Assembly (NCBI GenBank): GCA_963848295.1
Contig: CAWKDB010000002.1
Span: 960,001-1,024,000, forward strand
Direction: 5' to 3'
DNA: 64,000 bases
DNA from: an uncultured delta proteobacterium
GTDB lineage: Bacteria > Myxococcota_A > Polyangia > Haliangiales > Haliangiaceae
Part shown: one piece after another, positions 1 to 11,151 of the stretch
Position numbering within the stretch: position 1 is the first letter of the stretch
Layout of the letters: every line of letters begins with the position of its first letter
Program-made: the position numbers and the translations under genes
The notes under the pieces: generated by a model
The model's input: only the letters and a program-made list of their open reading frames with translations
What the model was told of the DNA's origin: nothing
Database searches by the model: none

Positions 1-856
1 CGAGGAACAGCGTGCCGCCGTGCGCCGCTTCGAACCGGCCGTCGCGCGCGGTCGAGGCGCCGGTGAACGCGCCCTTCTCGTAACCGAACAGCTCGGCCTC
101 GAGGATCGACTCCGGGATCGCGGCGCAGTTGACCGCGATGAACGGGCCTTTAGCGCGCGCCGAGTTGTCATGCAACGCGTGCGCGAGCAGCTCCTTGCCG
201 GTGCCGCTCTCGCCGAGCAGCAGCACGGTCGCCTCGCTCGGCGCCGCCTGCATCACGATGTCCATCGTCCGCCGCCAGGCGAGCGAGGTCCCGATGATCT
301 GCCGCCGGCGCTTCTCGGCGAGCTGAGCCCGCAAGCTGCGGTTCTCGACGAGCAGGGACTGCTTCTCGAGCGCGTTGCGTACGATCCGGACGACGTGTGC
401 GCGCTTGAGCGGCTTGGTCACGAAATCGTAGGCGCCTTCTTTCATCGCGTCGACCGCGGTCTCGACCGTGCCGTATGCGGTCATCAAGACGACCTCGGTC
501 TCCGGCGCGATCGTCTTGGCGACGCGCAAGAGATCCATCCCCGACGTCTGCGGCATCATGAGATCGGTCAGCAACACGCCGACGCGGTGGCGGCGCAGGA
601 TGTCGAGTGCGGTGGTGCTATCGGTCGCCGACAACACGTGTAGGCTCTCGCGCCGAAAGATCTTGGTCAGCGACTCGACGATCGCCGGCTCGTCATCGAC
701 GACTAGGACGACGCCGGCATCGGCGGGCGCGGCGCGCAGCTCGTTGGGCTCGCTCGCGGGCTCCCGGCCCCGGTCGTCAGACGCCCCGGTGGGCCCGCCT
801 TCGACCTGCGCTGCGGCGAACCGCCGAAACGGACTATGGGCAGGCTGGTTCCACAT
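1..856 (-). CDS. Sigma54-dependent response regulator (NtrC family), 3' end runs off the window
   Basis: Manual minus-strand translation from ATG 856: receiver (VLVVDDE...LTDLMMP...FVTKP), then AAA+ [35 protein letters not shown]. Confidence 0.92.
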   Translation of the reverse strand, partial: MWNQPAHSPFRRFAAAQVEGGPTGASDDRGREPASEPNELRAAPADAGVVLVVDDEPAIVESLTKIFRRESLHVLSATDSTTALDILRRHRVGVLLTDLMMPQTSGMDLLRVAKTIAPETEVVLMTAYGTVETAVDAMKEGAYDFVTKPLKRAHVVRIVRNALEKQSLLVENRSLRAQLAEKRRRQIIGTSLAWRRTMDIVMQAAPSEATVLLLGESGTGKELLAHALHDNSARAKGPFIAVNCAAIPESILEAELFGYEKGAFTGASTARDGRFEAAHGGTLFL

Positions 857-871
857 GCTTGTGTGGCTATT

Positions 872-887
872 AACAAGCCGAGTGCCA
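872..887 (-). promoter_or_regulatory. Possible sigma54 (-24/-12) promoter
   Basis: Minus strand TGGCAC-TCGGC-TTGTT against consensus TGGCAC-N5-TTGC; the -12 GC is GT, so one key mismatch. Confidence 0.3.
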
Positions 888-1020
888 GTCTGAATTCCTA
901 GCAACTGTCTGGAATTACTCGGAGGTCTCGCCAACTTCGGAGGTCGTTCGTGCCACCCTGTCAGGCTGCCTCGAGGGCCCTGACATTCTGGCAGACCCAG
1001 GATCGGGTAGGCGGACCGGA

Positions 1021-1165
1021 AATTGATCAACCAAGAACAGGCAACAGGCAACGGGCAATGATCGGAGGGTTTGCGTCGCGGCCTCGGATCGAGGCCGTCC
1101 GGAACCCGCCGGCGTGCGATCTGGCATTGCCTGTTGCCTGTTGCCTGTTGATCAATTGATCAATT
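1021..1165. repeat. ~145 bp imperfect inverted repeat built from tandem 7-mers
   Basis: Left arm AATTGATCAA...ACAGGCAACAGGCAACGGGCAATG; right arm CATTGCCTGTTGCCTGTTGCCTGTTGATCAATTG; inner stem CGGCCTCG-GAT-CGAGGCCG at 1079-1097. Confidence 0.8.
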
Positions 1166-1168
1166 GCT

Positions 1169-3910
1169 CTAGACCCGCCGCCGGCTGTGCTCGCCCGTTT
1201 CGGGCCGCTTCCGCGACGATTCGGTCACCGCGATCTGGCGCGGCAGCGAGACCGTGAACGTCGTGCCCTCGGTGAGCACCGTGTCGACGCGGATCTCCCC
1301 GCCGTGGCGCTCGACCAGCTCGTGCACGATCGACAGGCCGAGGCCGGTGCCTTCACCGACGTCCTTCGTCGTGAAGAATGGATCCCAGATCCGCGGCAGC
1401 ACCTCGGTCGGGATGCCCGGGCCGTTGTCGGCGATCTTGACCTCGACGCGCTCGGGGGTGCTCGACGTCGTGATCGTGATCGTCGCTCGCTCGCGGCCGG
1501 CGAGTGCTTGCGCCGCGTTCGTCATCAAGTTCATGAATACTTGGTTGACCTGACCCGCGTGGCCGCGCACGCGCCCGACATCGCCGAACTGTTTGACGAC
1601 GGTGACGTGCGGCTTGAGCAGGTGGCGGAGCAGCTCGAGCGAATCGTCGAGCGAGCGGTTGATGTCGAAGTCGACGACGCTCTCGTCATCGGTGCGCGAG
1701 TAGTTGTGCAACGCCGACACGATCGCTTTCGTGCGTTGCGCGCCGCGCTTGACGACGTTGACCATCGCGACCACTTCGTCCGCCGCGTCGGGATCCTTGC
1801 CGATGTTGCCGACCGCTTCCTCGAGCGGACCGACCGTGTTGACGATCGCGTTGACCGGGTTGTTGATCTCGTGCGCGATCCCGGCGACGAGCTGACCGAT
1901 CGATGCGAGCTTTTCAGATCGCACCAACTGCTCCTGCGCTCGCGTCAACTTGTCGAGCGTCTCGGCGAGCTCGCGGTTCTTGCGCGCGAGGTCGGCGGTG
2001 CGCATCTGGACCGCGCGCTCGAGGTCGAGGTTGACTTCTTCGGTCGATCGCAACTTGTCGCGCAGCGCACGCCGCATCTCCTCGAGCGCGAGCGTGAGTC
2101 GGCCGATCTCGTCGCCCTCGCCCGCCGCCGCCACCGGATCGGCGAGCTCGCCGCGCGCCATCGCGTCGGCGCGTTGTTCGAGCCGGCGGATCGGCGCCAT
2201 GAACTGAGCGACCGTGAAGGCGACGATGCCACCGCACGCAGCGAACAGCACGAGGAAGAACAGCACGAGCTCTTTGAGCGGCCGCACCATCGACTGACCG
2301 CGACCGCGATAACTCGGATAGAACACCGCGACCGCGCCGATGTCGTAGCGCTGCCCTCGCCACGCGAGATCGAGCCGCGCCGCACGCCCGGTCAGCTCGG
2401 CCGCGTGAATCGGGATGATGTTATCGGTCGGTCGACGGATGCGAGCGCGCACGTACCACGGCAGCCTCGGCGCGCCCATGGGCCCGCCGCCGACCGCGAA
2501 CACCTCGCCGCTGTCGTCGACGTAGTATTCGACCGCGCTCGCCTCGGGCGCAGACGCGCCGATCCGCCGGATCGATGCGCGCACGGTATCCGGCGTCGGT
2601 GGGGTCGGCGCCGCGCCGATTTCGGTCTGGACCTCGGATCGCAACCACGTCAGGCCGAGCTGCGACTGGCGATCGGCCGACTCGGTCGCGAGCTTCTTGT
2701 ACTGCAAGAACCCCCACAGCATCGCCATGCCGCACGCGAGCAAGACGACGCCGCCGAACGACAGCAACAGCTTGCTGCGCAGCGATAGCGCAGGCGCGAG
2801 GCTGCGCACCGGGACGCGGTAGCGCGTCGTCAGGTGCGCGAGCAGAGGGCGCAGCACCTCGCGATGCCACAGCTGTTCGTAGATCGCACCGGCGATCGCG
2901 AGCACCAGCATCGCGATCGACAAGACGAGCGCGTCGTCGAGGTCGAAGCCGAGGCGCAGTCGTGCGATCAGCGCGCCGATGACCGCGATCATGACCCACA
3001 CGGCGATCGTCAGCATCGCGAGGCGATACGGCAACGCCTGCGCGCGCTTGTAGATCACGGCCGCGGGCAAGGCATCGCGCTTCCCCGCTTGCTCGCCGCG
3101 CGAGACCTCGAGATAGCGGCGGAGATCGCGCGTCATGACGCGGGCCAACAGTGCCCAAACGACGAGCGCGGCGACCGTCGCGAGCGGTACGTAGGTCTCG
3201 AGCTGGAGGTATTGCTCGTCGGTGATCGGCACGAAGTAATACGCGAACGCCGCCTGCGCCGCGAGCACGCCGCCGGCGACGATCATCGCGACGAGCAAGA
3301 ACTGACGAAAGTGATACTCGTCGAACCGCTTGAGCGGCGAACCGACCGAGAACAGCCGCTCGCGAATCTCCGCGAGGATCTGCGCCCACCACACCGCGCG
3401 CACGCACGACACGATGTACGCGTAGACCGACGCGAGCGACGCGAGCTCGACGACCCGCTCGATCGGCCAATCCTCGTAGACGTACAAGAACAGGCCGATC
3501 AGCGCTCCCGCTGCCGTCCACAAGCCGGTGCGCAGCAGCAACGCCCGAACCGGCCCCTTGAGCGTGATGCGATACGCGCGAGCCGCGAGCTCTTTGCTGA
3601 CCTTCGCCCCGCGGCGCCGCGCAGAGACGACCTGCCACAGCGGGAGGAACCACGCGGTGATCGCGGCGAGCCAGACCGCGACCGCGCCGATCGCGACCGG
3701 GAGTGCGGTGCGCGCCAACGTGTCGGCACCGAGATCGCCGAGATCGAACGACACCCACAGCGGATAGCCGACCGCGACGACCTCGAGCGCACCGAGCACG
3801 AGCGCGGGGATGAGGAACCGGCGCTTGAACGGCACCGAGGCGAGCTGGGCGACGAGCGTCATCGAGGACGCGTCGGATCGCTCTCCACTCTGCGTCGACT
3901 CGGGGCTCAC
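1169..3910 (-). CDS. Multi-TM sensor histidine kinase (HAMP-HisKA-HATPase)
   Basis: HAMP (PIRRLEQRADAMARGEL...DEIGRL), H-box AGIAHEINNP, N-box QVFMNLMTNA, DNGPGI, FFTTK, GTGLGL; many hydrophobic segments. Confidence 0.93.
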   Translation of the reverse strand: MSPESTQSGERSDASSMTLVAQLASVPFKRRFLIPALVLGALEVVAVGYPLWVSFDLGDLGADTLARTALPVAIGAVAVWLAAITAWFLPLWQVVSARRRGAKVSKELAARAYRITLKGPVRALLLRTGLWTAAGALIGLFLYVYEDWPIERVVELASLASVYAYIVSCVRAVWWAQILAEIRERLFSVGSPLKRFDEYHFRQFLLVAMIVAGGVLAAQAAFAYYFVPITDEQYLQLETYVPLATVAALVVWALLARVMTRDLRRYLEVSRGEQAGKRDALPAAVIYKRAQALPYRLAMLTIAVWVMIAVIGALIARLRLGFDLDDALVLSIAMLVLAIAGAIYEQLWHREVLRPLLAHLTTRYRVPVRSLAPALSLRSKLLLSFGGVVLLACGMAMLWGFLQYKKLATESADRQSQLGLTWLRSEVQTEIGAAPTPPTPDTVRASIRRIGASAPEASAVEYYVDDSGEVFAVGGGPMGAPRLPWYVRARIRRPTDNIIPIHAAELTGRAARLDLAWRGQRYDIGAVAVFYPSYRGRGQSMVRPLKELVLFFLVLFAACGGIVAFTVAQFMAPIRRLEQRADAMARGELADPVAAAGEGDEIGRLTLALEEMRRALRDKLRSTEEVNLDLERAVQMRTADLARKNRELAETLDKLTRAQEQLVRSEKLASIGQLVAGIAHEINNPVNAIVNTVGPLEEAVGNIGKDPDAADEVVAMVNVVKRGAQRTKAIVSALHNYSRTDDESVVDFDINRSLDDSLELLRHLLKPHVTVVKQFGDVGRVRGHAGQVNQVFMNLMTNAAQALAGRERATITITTSSTPERVEVKIADNGPGIPTEVLPRIWDPFFTTKDVGEGTGLGLSIVHELVERHGGEIRVDTVLTEGTTFTVSLPRQIAVTESSRKRPETGEHSRRRV

Positions 3911-3948
3911 CGCGGAAGAATAGCCCGCAACTGCTCTATGATGTGGCG

Positions 3949-5136
3949 ATGAGGTCGTGGCCGCTGATCGCGCTCGCCATGGTCGTGAGTGCCCCGGCCT
4001 CGGCGCAGCCGCCGCCGCTCGACAACATCACGAACCGCGACTACGCGATCGATCTCTACGAGGGCACCGCGCTCGGCAACATCACGACGATCGCGATGGG
4101 CGGCGCGGCGGCGGCGAACGCGACCGGCTCGTCCGGCACGCTGATCAACCCGTCGGCCGCTGCGGTTCGCTCGACGACCGACCGCGACTCGTGGAGCTGG
4201 GACTATCATCTCGATTATCTCAACGGCGGCTTGTCCGCGGACTACGACAACGACGGCCTGGCCGGTCAGCGCACGAGCCTGTCGTATGCGACCGCCGGGT
4301 TCGCGCTCCGCGTCCGAGACTGGGCCGGCGCGATCACGGGCACGATCCAGAGCGTTCCGCTCGGGCTGGACGCGAACGGATCGATCCCGCCGACCGGTCA
4401 GACCCTGCGGCTGCGGGCCGCGGTGGCCAAGTGGTTCCCGAAGTGGGACCTCGCGCTGGGAGCCGGCTTGCAGCTCGCCGAGCTCGACGTGCGTCAGGGC
4501 TGCGATCAATTCACGTGTCCGGCGCTGTTCTCGATCGACGGCGTCGGGCTCGAGACCGGAGCCCAATGGATCCCGCGGCTGCAGAACTTTCGGATCGGTG
4601 CCGCGCTCGCGACGCCGATCGCCGGCGGCGACGTCACCACGAGCGCCTGCGATCCGCTCGACTGCAAGGGCTACATCTTGCCGGATCAAGTGGTGTCGGC
4701 GTGGCGCGCGACCGCCGGCGTCGCGTACCGCTGGTCACCCTCGTTGTGGAACCAGACGACGTACACGGACTTCCGGGACGAGCGCGCCCTCACCGCGGTG
4801 TTCGATGTCGTCGTCGTCGGTCCGTCGGCGAATGCCTATGGCCTCGATGCGTTCGGGCTCCAGAAGCTCGAGCGCTCCGGCCGCAACTCGTCATGGTCGC
4901 CGCGCGGCGGCGTCGAGTACGAGATCCTGCCCGGCCGGCTGCGCCTGCGCGGCGGTAGCTACTGGGAGCCCGGGCGCTTCGTGGGGGTCGGCGGGCGCGT
5001 CCACGGGACGTTCGGCATCGAGGTCCGCGCCTTCGAGTTTCATGCCTGGGGCTTGCGCCGCGGCCGGCTGACCCTGACCGGCGATGTCGCCGAGAGCTAC
5101 GACAACCTCGGCATCTCGATCGGGTTCTGGCACTGA
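3949..5136 (+). CDS. Putative outer-membrane beta-barrel (FadL/PorV-like N-terminal plug)
   Basis: Signal peptide; [23 protein letters not shown] resembles the MGGA...NPA plug motif; amphipathic strands; ends ISIGFWH. Confidence 0.6.
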   Translation: MRSWPLIALAMVVSAPASAQPPPLDNITNRDYAIDLYEGTALGNITTIAMGGAAAANATGSSGTLINPSAAAVRSTTDRDSWSWDYHLDYLNGGLSADYDNDGLAGQRTSLSYATAGFALRVRDWAGAITGTIQSVPLGLDANGSIPPTGQTLRLRAAVAKWFPKWDLALGAGLQLAELDVRQGCDQFTCPALFSIDGVGLETGAQWIPRLQNFRIGAALATPIAGGDVTTSACDPLDCKGYILPDQVVSAWRATAGVAYRWSPSLWNQTTYTDFRDERALTAVFDVVVVGPSANAYGLDAFGLQKLERSGRNSSWSPRGGVEYEILPGRLRLRGGSYWEPGRFVGVGGRVHGTFGIEVRAFEFHAWGLRRGRLTLTGDVAESYDNLGISIGFWH

Positions 5137-5185
5137 CCCGGGCAGTTGCAGCCGTGGGCATCTTGCGTCATGTTCCGCGCACCTC

Positions 5186-5968
5186 ATGCGCAGCTACCTA
5201 TGGATTGCGGCGAGCTTCGTGCTCGTCGTCGGTTGTAAGAAGACCAAGGGCACCGATCCGAACGGGCCGACGGCGCCGAACGATCGGACGATGAACAACC
5301 CGGCGCCGAACGCGAAGCCGAGCGATCCGCCAGCCGAGCCGGTCGCGCGCGATCCGAACGCGGACAAGCCGAGCGACACCGAGGTCCGTGCGCCGGTCGC
5401 CGCCGATCTCGCGACCTACACGAAGGATCTGACCGGCTCGGGTCCGCTGACCGCGACGATCGAGACCAGCATGGGCACGTTCCACTGCGAGCTGTTCGGC
5501 GACAAGGCGCCGATCACGGTCGCGAACTTCGTCGGGCTCGCGACCGGCAAGAAGCCGTGGCTGAACCCGAAGGACGGGAACGTCGAGACCGGCAAGCCGT
5601 ACTTCGACGGGCTGCCGTTCCACCGCGTGATCCCGGGCTTCATGATCCAGGGCGGCGATCCCCTCGGCAACGGCACCGGCGGTCCCGGCTACGACTTCGA
5701 CAACGAGATCTCGCCCGATCTGCGCATCAAGGCTGGCGTGCTCGCGATGGCGAACGCGGGGACCAAGCCGGATGGCCACGGCACCGACGGCAGCCAGTTC
5801 TTCATCACCGAGAATGCCGATCACGCCGCCGACCTGAACGGCGGCTACACGATCTTCGGCCAGTGCAAAGAGCCCGAGCTCGTCAAGAAGATCGCGTCGG
5901 TGCCGCGCGACGGCAACGATCGGCCGAACGACCCGGTGACGATCACCAAGGTCACGATCAGCAAGTAA
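5186..5968 (+). CDS. Cyclophilin-type peptidyl-prolyl isomerase, lipoprotein
   Basis: Lipobox-like [50 protein letters not shown]. Confidence 0.93.
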   Translation: MRSYLWIAASFVLVVGCKKTKGTDPNGPTAPNDRTMNNPAPNAKPSDPPAEPVARDPNADKPSDTEVRAPVAADLATYTKDLTGSGPLTATIETSMGTFHCELFGDKAPITVANFVGLATGKKPWLNPKDGNVETGKPYFDGLPFHRVIPGFMIQGGDPLGNGTGGPGYDFDNEISPDLRIKAGVLAMANAGTKPDGHGTDGSQFFITENADHAADLNGGYTIFGQCKEPELVKKIASVPRDGNDRPNDPVTITKVTISK

Positions 5969-6091
5969 CCTCGACCGCACCGGCGCGCACAGTGCCGGCA
6001 TGCGATTACGCCGGACCTCCGTGCTCGCGCTCGGCGCGTGCGCGGTGACGACACCGCGGCATCGGGGGCTCCAGATCGGCCCGTGACATGC

Positions 6092-6158
6092 GGCACCGTG
6101 AACGGTGGCCCCTCGGCCCTAGGACTCGGCCGTCCTTGCTTCGCCGGACAGCCGATCG
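6092..6158 (-). repeat. Structured intergenic repeat, module B, copy 1
   Basis: 46 of the first 56 nt identical to 34941-35007; stems TCGGCTGTCC/GGACGGCCGA and CACCG/CGGTG conserved. Confidence 0.85.
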
Positions 6159-6175
6159 ATCGATCGGCCTCGGGG

Positions 6176-6769
6176 CTACCGAAACAGCTTGCCGCGAAGA
6201 TCGGGCGACGGCTGCGCGATCAGCTCGAGCGCGACGAGCCGATCGTCGGCGGCGGCGCGGGCGGCTCGCGCCGCCGCTTCGATCGCGTCGAGCGTGCCGG
6301 TCAGCGTGAAGTACGCCTTGCCGGCGAGATCGACCGCGAACCGCGCATCGCGCACGGTGACGTCGGCGACCTTGCACGCCGCGTCCGCAGCCGCGATCGC
6401 CGCGCATACCGTGCGGGTCTCGATGATCGCGACCGCCTCGGCACCGTGGTCGCCGGTCCAATCGTGCGGCGCGACCGGCGCGCCGAGCAGTGGCCACACC
6501 TGATCATCCGCCGCCGACAGCGACACGCGATCGACGAGCGCATCTCCCGCGACTCGCAGCGCCGCGGCGAACGCCTCGTCGACCTCGGCGACGCCGCCCT
6601 CGAACATCACGAGGTGCTTGCCGCCGGACACCGCTCGCGAGTGCAGCAAGATCGCCGGCGAGCGCTTGAGCCCGGCGTCGGCCGCGACGACTCCGCGCGC
6701 GATCGTCGAGATTTCCAGGACCGCGAGCGCCGGACCTCTCCCCGTAAAGGGATGCTCTCGTCCGCTCAC
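6176..6769 (-). CDS. BMC shell protein, tandem-domain BMC-T (PduT-like, H. ochraceum BMC-T1 type)
   Basis: Two BMC domains (ALAVLEISTIARGVVAADAGLK...GGKHL; IIETRTVCAAIAAADAACK...AGKAYFTLTG); GTG start overlaps the upstream TGA. Confidence 0.9.
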   Translation of the reverse strand: MSGREHPFTGRGPALAVLEISTIARGVVAADAGLKRSPAILLHSRAVSGGKHLVMFEGGVAEVDEAFAAALRVAGDALVDRVSLSAADDQVWPLLGAPVAPHDWTGDHGAEAVAIIETRTVCAAIAAADAACKVADVTVRDARFAVDLAGKAYFTLTGTLDAIEAAARAARAAADDRLVALELIAQPSPDLRGKLFR

Positions 6770-8217
6770 ACGAACCTGAACGCCTCTTTCAAGGTGCAGC
6801 GCCGCTCGCGCGTGAAGTGAATCGCGGTGGTGAGGCCCTCGCCGGTCGGGCTCGCGATCGTGAACGACGTGTAGCCCTCGCCGCCCAGGCCGAGGCCCGC
6901 GTACGACGCGTCGTTCTTGACGAAGATCGAGCAATTGCACACCCGCGCCATCGCCGTCATGTTGTCGATGTTCGTCGAGTGCATCGTCGCCGTGTGATGG
7001 AACCCGTGCTCGACGCGCAGCGCCGCGGCGATCGCGTCGGTCACGTCGCGCACGCGGGACAGCGGGATCACCGGCATCAGCAATTCGTGCTGGACGAACG
7101 GGTGTTGCTCGTCGACCTCGCACATCAGGAGCCGCAAGTCGTGGCCGTGGCCTGAGATGCCGATCTGTTTCGCGATCAGCGCGGCGTCCTTGCCGATCCA
7201 CGCCTTGTTGACGTGGTCGCCCTCGAGCACGACCTTCTCGAGCTCCTTGGTCTGGCGCGCGTCGAGCCACAGCACCGGCTGGCGCTTGAGCTCCTCGATC
7301 AGCTTGTTCGCGATCCGAGTCGACCGCGATCACTTCTTTTTCGGCGATGCAGACGATGTTGTTGTCGAGCGACGCTCCGCGCACGATCGCATCGGCCGCT
7401 TTGCCGAGGTTCGCGGTCTCGTCGACGATCGCCGGCGGATTGCCCGGACCGGCGCAGATCGCCTTCTTGCCCGAGTTCATCGCCTGCTTGACGACGACGG
7501 GGCCGCCGGTCACCACGACGATCCGCACGAGCGGGTGCTTCATCAGCGCTTGCGCGCTCTCGACCGTCGGCCGTCTCGACCGAGATCAGCACGTCGCGCG
7601 GACCGCCGACCGACTGGATCGCCTCGTTGAGGATATGGACGCACCAGTTGCAGACCTGCGCCGCCGAAGGATGGACGTTGAACACGACCGCGTTGCCCGC
7701 GGCGATCATCCCGATCGCGTTGCACAAGATCGTCTCGGTCGGGTTCGTCGTCGGCGTGATCGCGAGCATCACGCCGTACGGCGCACGCTCGGTCAGCATC
7801 AAGCCGTCGTCACCGGTGTACGCCTGCGGGCGGAGGATCTCGGGGCCGGGCGTCTTCTCCGCGACCAGCCGATTCTTCGCGAGCTTGTCCTCGTAGCGGC
7901 CGAGCCCGGATCTCCTCGACCGCGTAACGGCTGAGCGCGTCGTTGTTCGCGAGCACCGCCTTGCGCATCGCCTCGACCATCTTGAGCCGGGTCGCGACCG
8001 GCGTCTTCTCGTTCTGCTCGAACGCCTTGCGCGCCGCGGTCGCGGCTTGGTCCGGGTCCGCGTAGACGCCGTTCGTGCCGCGCGGGATGTTCGCCTTCGG
8101 CTTGCTCGGCTCGGGCGCGGGGCCGCGAGCAGGCGCCGAGGTCACGCCGCCACCGCCGAGGCGCTCGAGCACCTTCGCGACGATCTCTTCGATCTTGCGC
8201 TCGTCGAGCGTAGCCAC
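6766..8217 (-). CDS. BMC-associated acylating aldehyde dehydrogenase (EutE/PduP family) with N-terminal encapsulation peptide; 3 apparent +1 frameshifts
   Basis: Joined frames give PTTNPTET, VTGGPVVV, AGPGNPP, catalytic DNNIVCIAEK, HELLMPV, TIASPTGEG; extra bases near 7910, 7571 and 7315; N-terminal amphipathic helix LDERKIEEIVAKVLERL. Confidence 0.9.
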
Positions 8218-8220
8218 CGG

Positions 8221-8512
8221 CTAGTCCTTCACGTAGCGGCGCTCGCCGTCGACCGCGACTTCATCGACGATCGCCATGATCGTGGCGTCGACCGGCCGGT
8301 TCTTGGTGACGGTCGTCTGGCGCGCCGAGCTGCCGGACGCGTAGAGCACGACCTCGCCGATGCCCGCGCCGACCGCATCGACCGCGATCGCGATCGCGCC
8401 GGTCAGCTTCCCGTCGACGTCGCACGCGCGGACGACGAGCAGCTTCAAGCCCTTCGAGCGTCGGCTCCTTGCGGCTCGCGACCAGCGTGCCGATGACCTT
8501 GCCGAGGACCAT
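8221..8512 (-). CDS. BMC vertex protein BMC-P (EutN/CcmL family); 1 frameshift
   Basis: [15 protein letters not shown]...[22 protein letters not shown]...[11 protein letters not shown]; extra base near 8451. Confidence 0.92.
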
Positions 8513-8518
8513 CGGTGG

Positions 8519-8814
8519 CTACTTGCCGGGACCGTTGCCCGAACGGCCGAGCGGCAGCACCCGTCGACGTTCGCGTGCGGGCGCGGGATCACGTGGACCG
8601 AGACGACCTCACCGAGCCGCTCGGCCGCGCGTTGGCCGGCTTCGGTCGCCGCCTTGACCGCCGCGACATCGCCGCGCACGATCGCGGTGACGTAGCCGCC
8701 ACCGGTCTTCTCGTAGCCGACGAGCTCGACCTTCGCGGCCTTCACCATCGCGTCGGCGGCTTCGACCATACCGACGAAGCCTTTGACTTCGATCATTCCG
8801 AGAGCGTCAGCCAT
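8519..8814 (-). CDS. BMC hexamer shell protein BMC-H (EutM/PduA family); 1 frameshift near the C-terminus
   Basis: [29 protein letters not shown]...[10 protein letters not shown]...VHVIPRPH; one base missing near 8561, which restores ...[13 protein letters not shown] (TAG at 8519); GGAG ribosome-binding site. Confidence 0.93.
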
Positions 8815-8838
8815 GTCTTGCTCCGTTTCCCTTACTTG

Positions 8839-9478
8839 CTATTTGTCGACGAACTTCTCGGGCTCTTTGCCCACGACCGCGTTGAGCGCCGCCGTCGCCG
8901 CCTCCGCCGCCGCATCGATCTCCGCTTCCGGACCTGCCATGTAGAGCCGGCCGAACGCGCCGTACGGGGTGACGTTGACGAGCGAGACGTTCGCGGCCTT
9001 CTCGGCCTCGTTCGCGGCGAGCACCGCGTAACCCGCGGGCTCGCACTCGAAGATGAACAGCGACTGGCCGGGCAGCACCATCATGCCGGCCGAGCTGCGG
9101 TTGATGATCTGAGTCTGGTAGGCCTCGACGCCGCGGATGATCTGGTTCGTCAACACGCGCGGCTTGAGCCGATGCTGACTCTTCGACCCCGAGGTAGTTG
9201 AGGATCGTCTGGCCCGCGGACAGCACCTCGCCCTTGTCGTGGTCGTGGATCTCGAGCAGGCCGTACGCGCGCTCGACGACCTGGACCGCGGGCTGGACCT
9301 TCGTCGCCTTGAGCGCCGCGTCGGTCACCTGGTTGATCGCGATGCCGGGCGCGATCTCGACCCACAGCGACGCCTGAAACGGCACCGGCAAGAACCCGCG
9401 CGCGGTCTTGCCGACGAACGTCGCCTGCTGGGGCTGCAACGCGTCGAGGAAGCAGTACGTACGGAGTACCGTGGCCAT
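8839..9478 (-). CDS. BMC shell protein, permuted tandem BMC-T (CcmP/CsoS1D-like, H. ochraceum BMC-T2 type); 1 frameshift
   Basis: [56 protein letters not shown]; extra base near 9170. Confidence 0.92.
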
Positions 9479-9604
9479 TCCTAGCCGTGGACGCTAACAC
9501 GGCGTCCGGCGCGAATTCCACGCACCCACCGCGCAAACGCGTCGCACGTGTCGCATCGGTCGCACGGTGCGCTCGGCTGTGCTGCGTGCCATCATGCGAC
9601 GCGA

Positions 9605-11146
9605 ATGCGGCTGGTTCGTGCGCTCGCGCTTGGCTTGGTCGTCGCCGCGCCCGGCATCGCGCACGCCGATCTCGTCGCCCAGATGCTCGACGATGCGAGC
9701 GCCAGCCCGAACGCGACGGTCGACGACCTGATGGCGTGGGCGGGCACCCCGCAGCCGATCACGCTGCCCGAGTTGCTTCAGTTCGCGGTGCAGCAAGCGC
9801 CTGCGTTGCAGAACGCGAAGCTCGACATCGCGGTGGCCGAAGCTCAGATCGGCGAGACCTGGGCGCGCCGCGACTGGCACGTCTCCGCGCAGGCGACCGG
9901 CACGAAGACCGCCGGGTTCTTCAGTGGGTTCTCGATCAACAACGAAGACATCTACGGCGTCACCGCGGATCTGTCGCGGGCCTTGCCGACCGGTGGCACG
10001 TTCGATCTCCACGCCGGCACGCAGTACAGCAAGTACACGATCGACGTGCTCGGCGCGGCGATGGACTCGACGACGTGGCAAGACACGCTGTCCGCGTCGC
10101 TCACCCAGCCTCTGCTCAAGGGCCGGGGCCAGGCGCTCTACGACGCGACCGAGAAGAAGGCCAAGCTGCAGCGCGATGTCACCGTGCTGGCCCGCCGGCT
10201 CGTCGCGATCAACGCGCTCGAGACGATCGTGTCGGGGTACTGGGACCTCGTGCTCGCCGAGCGCCAAGTCGCGATCACCGAGGCGAGCCTGGATCTCGCG
10301 CGCGAACGCCTGCGGGTCACCGAGATCGAGGCGAAGGGCGGCCGGACCGCGCAGAGCGAGATCCCCGCGGTGCTCCAGATCATCGCGACGCGCCAGGAGG
10401 ACGTGCTCAACGGCCAGCTCGCGGTCGTCGACGCATCGATCGCGCTGCGCCGAGCGACCGGGATGCCGATCGGCGCCGGCGCGCTCGGGTTTCGCGTGCC
10501 GACCGAGCTCGACGCGCAGGATCACGGCTGGAAGCTCGCCGACCTGCTCGAGCGCGCGTACGCCGCGAGCCCCGAGCTCGCGCAGCTCGCGAAGCAAGAC
10601 GCGAGCGCGACGATCGATGTCGAGGTCACCGAGAACGGCCTGCTACCGCAGCTCGACGCGGCGATCTCGGTCGGCCCGCTAGGCATTGACTCGAGCGCGT
10701 CGAATGCGCTCAAGCAGCTCGCCGAGCTCAAGAGCGTCGCGATCACCGGGTCGTTGACGTTCTCGCGCTCGATCCAGCAGCGCGACGTCAAGTACCGCGC
10801 GACCGAGCTGCGCACCGCTCGCGAAAAGCTGCGCGTCAACGCGTTCGATGTCCGTGCGCAATACGCCCAGGCGATGAGCCGCGCGGTCGCGCAGGTCGAG
10901 CTCGCGAAGCGCCGCGTCGGCCTGAGCCAGGAGGCGATCGACCTCGCGAATCAGAACATCAAGATCGAGACCGATCGGTTCAACCTCGGTCGCTCGACGA
11001 ACTTCGACGTGCTCAACCGACTCGAAGACCTCCGCCAAGCGGAGCTCCGCAAGGCGCAGGCGCTCGTCGATTGGCACAAGGGCGAGGCGATGGTCGTCGG
11101 CTTGACCGGCGAGATCCTGCCGCTCTACGGCGTCACGGTCGACTAG
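9605..11146 (+). CDS. TolC-family outer-membrane efflux protein
   Basis: Signal peptide; two OEP repeats (SLTQPLLKG...YWDLVLA; LLPQLD...[16 protein letters not shown]). Confidence 0.88.
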   Translation: MRLVRALALGLVVAAPGIAHADLVAQMLDDASASPNATVDDLMAWAGTPQPITLPELLQFAVQQAPALQNAKLDIAVAEAQIGETWARRDWHVSAQATGTKTAGFFSGFSINNEDIYGVTADLSRALPTGGTFDLHAGTQYSKYTIDVLGAAMDSTTWQDTLSASLTQPLLKGRGQALYDATEKKAKLQRDVTVLARRLVAINALETIVSGYWDLVLAERQVAITEASLDLARERLRVTEIEAKGGRTAQSEIPAVLQIIATRQEDVLNGQLAVVDASIALRRATGMPIGAGALGFRVPTELDAQDHGWKLADLLERAYAASPELAQLAKQDASATIDVEVTENGLLPQLDAAISVGPLGIDSSASNALKQLAELKSVAITGSLTFSRSIQQRDVKYRATELRTAREKLRVNAFDVRAQYAQAMSRAVAQVELAKRRVGLSQEAIDLANQNIKIETDRFNLGRSTNFDVLNRLEDLRQAELRKAQALVDWHKGEAMVVGLTGEILPLYGVTVD

Positions 11147-11151
11147 CTAAT

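Noticed and set aside
6176..7543. Apparent aldehyde dehydrogenase/BMC-T fusion (455 aa)
   Set aside because: Artefact of the frameshift near 7315; the dehydrogenase ends at TGA 6766
8221..8814. Apparent BMC-H/BMC-P fusion protein (197-aa ORF)
   Set aside because: Produced by a compensating deletion (~8561) and insertion (~8451); each gene has its own stop or start (TAG 8519, ATG 8512)
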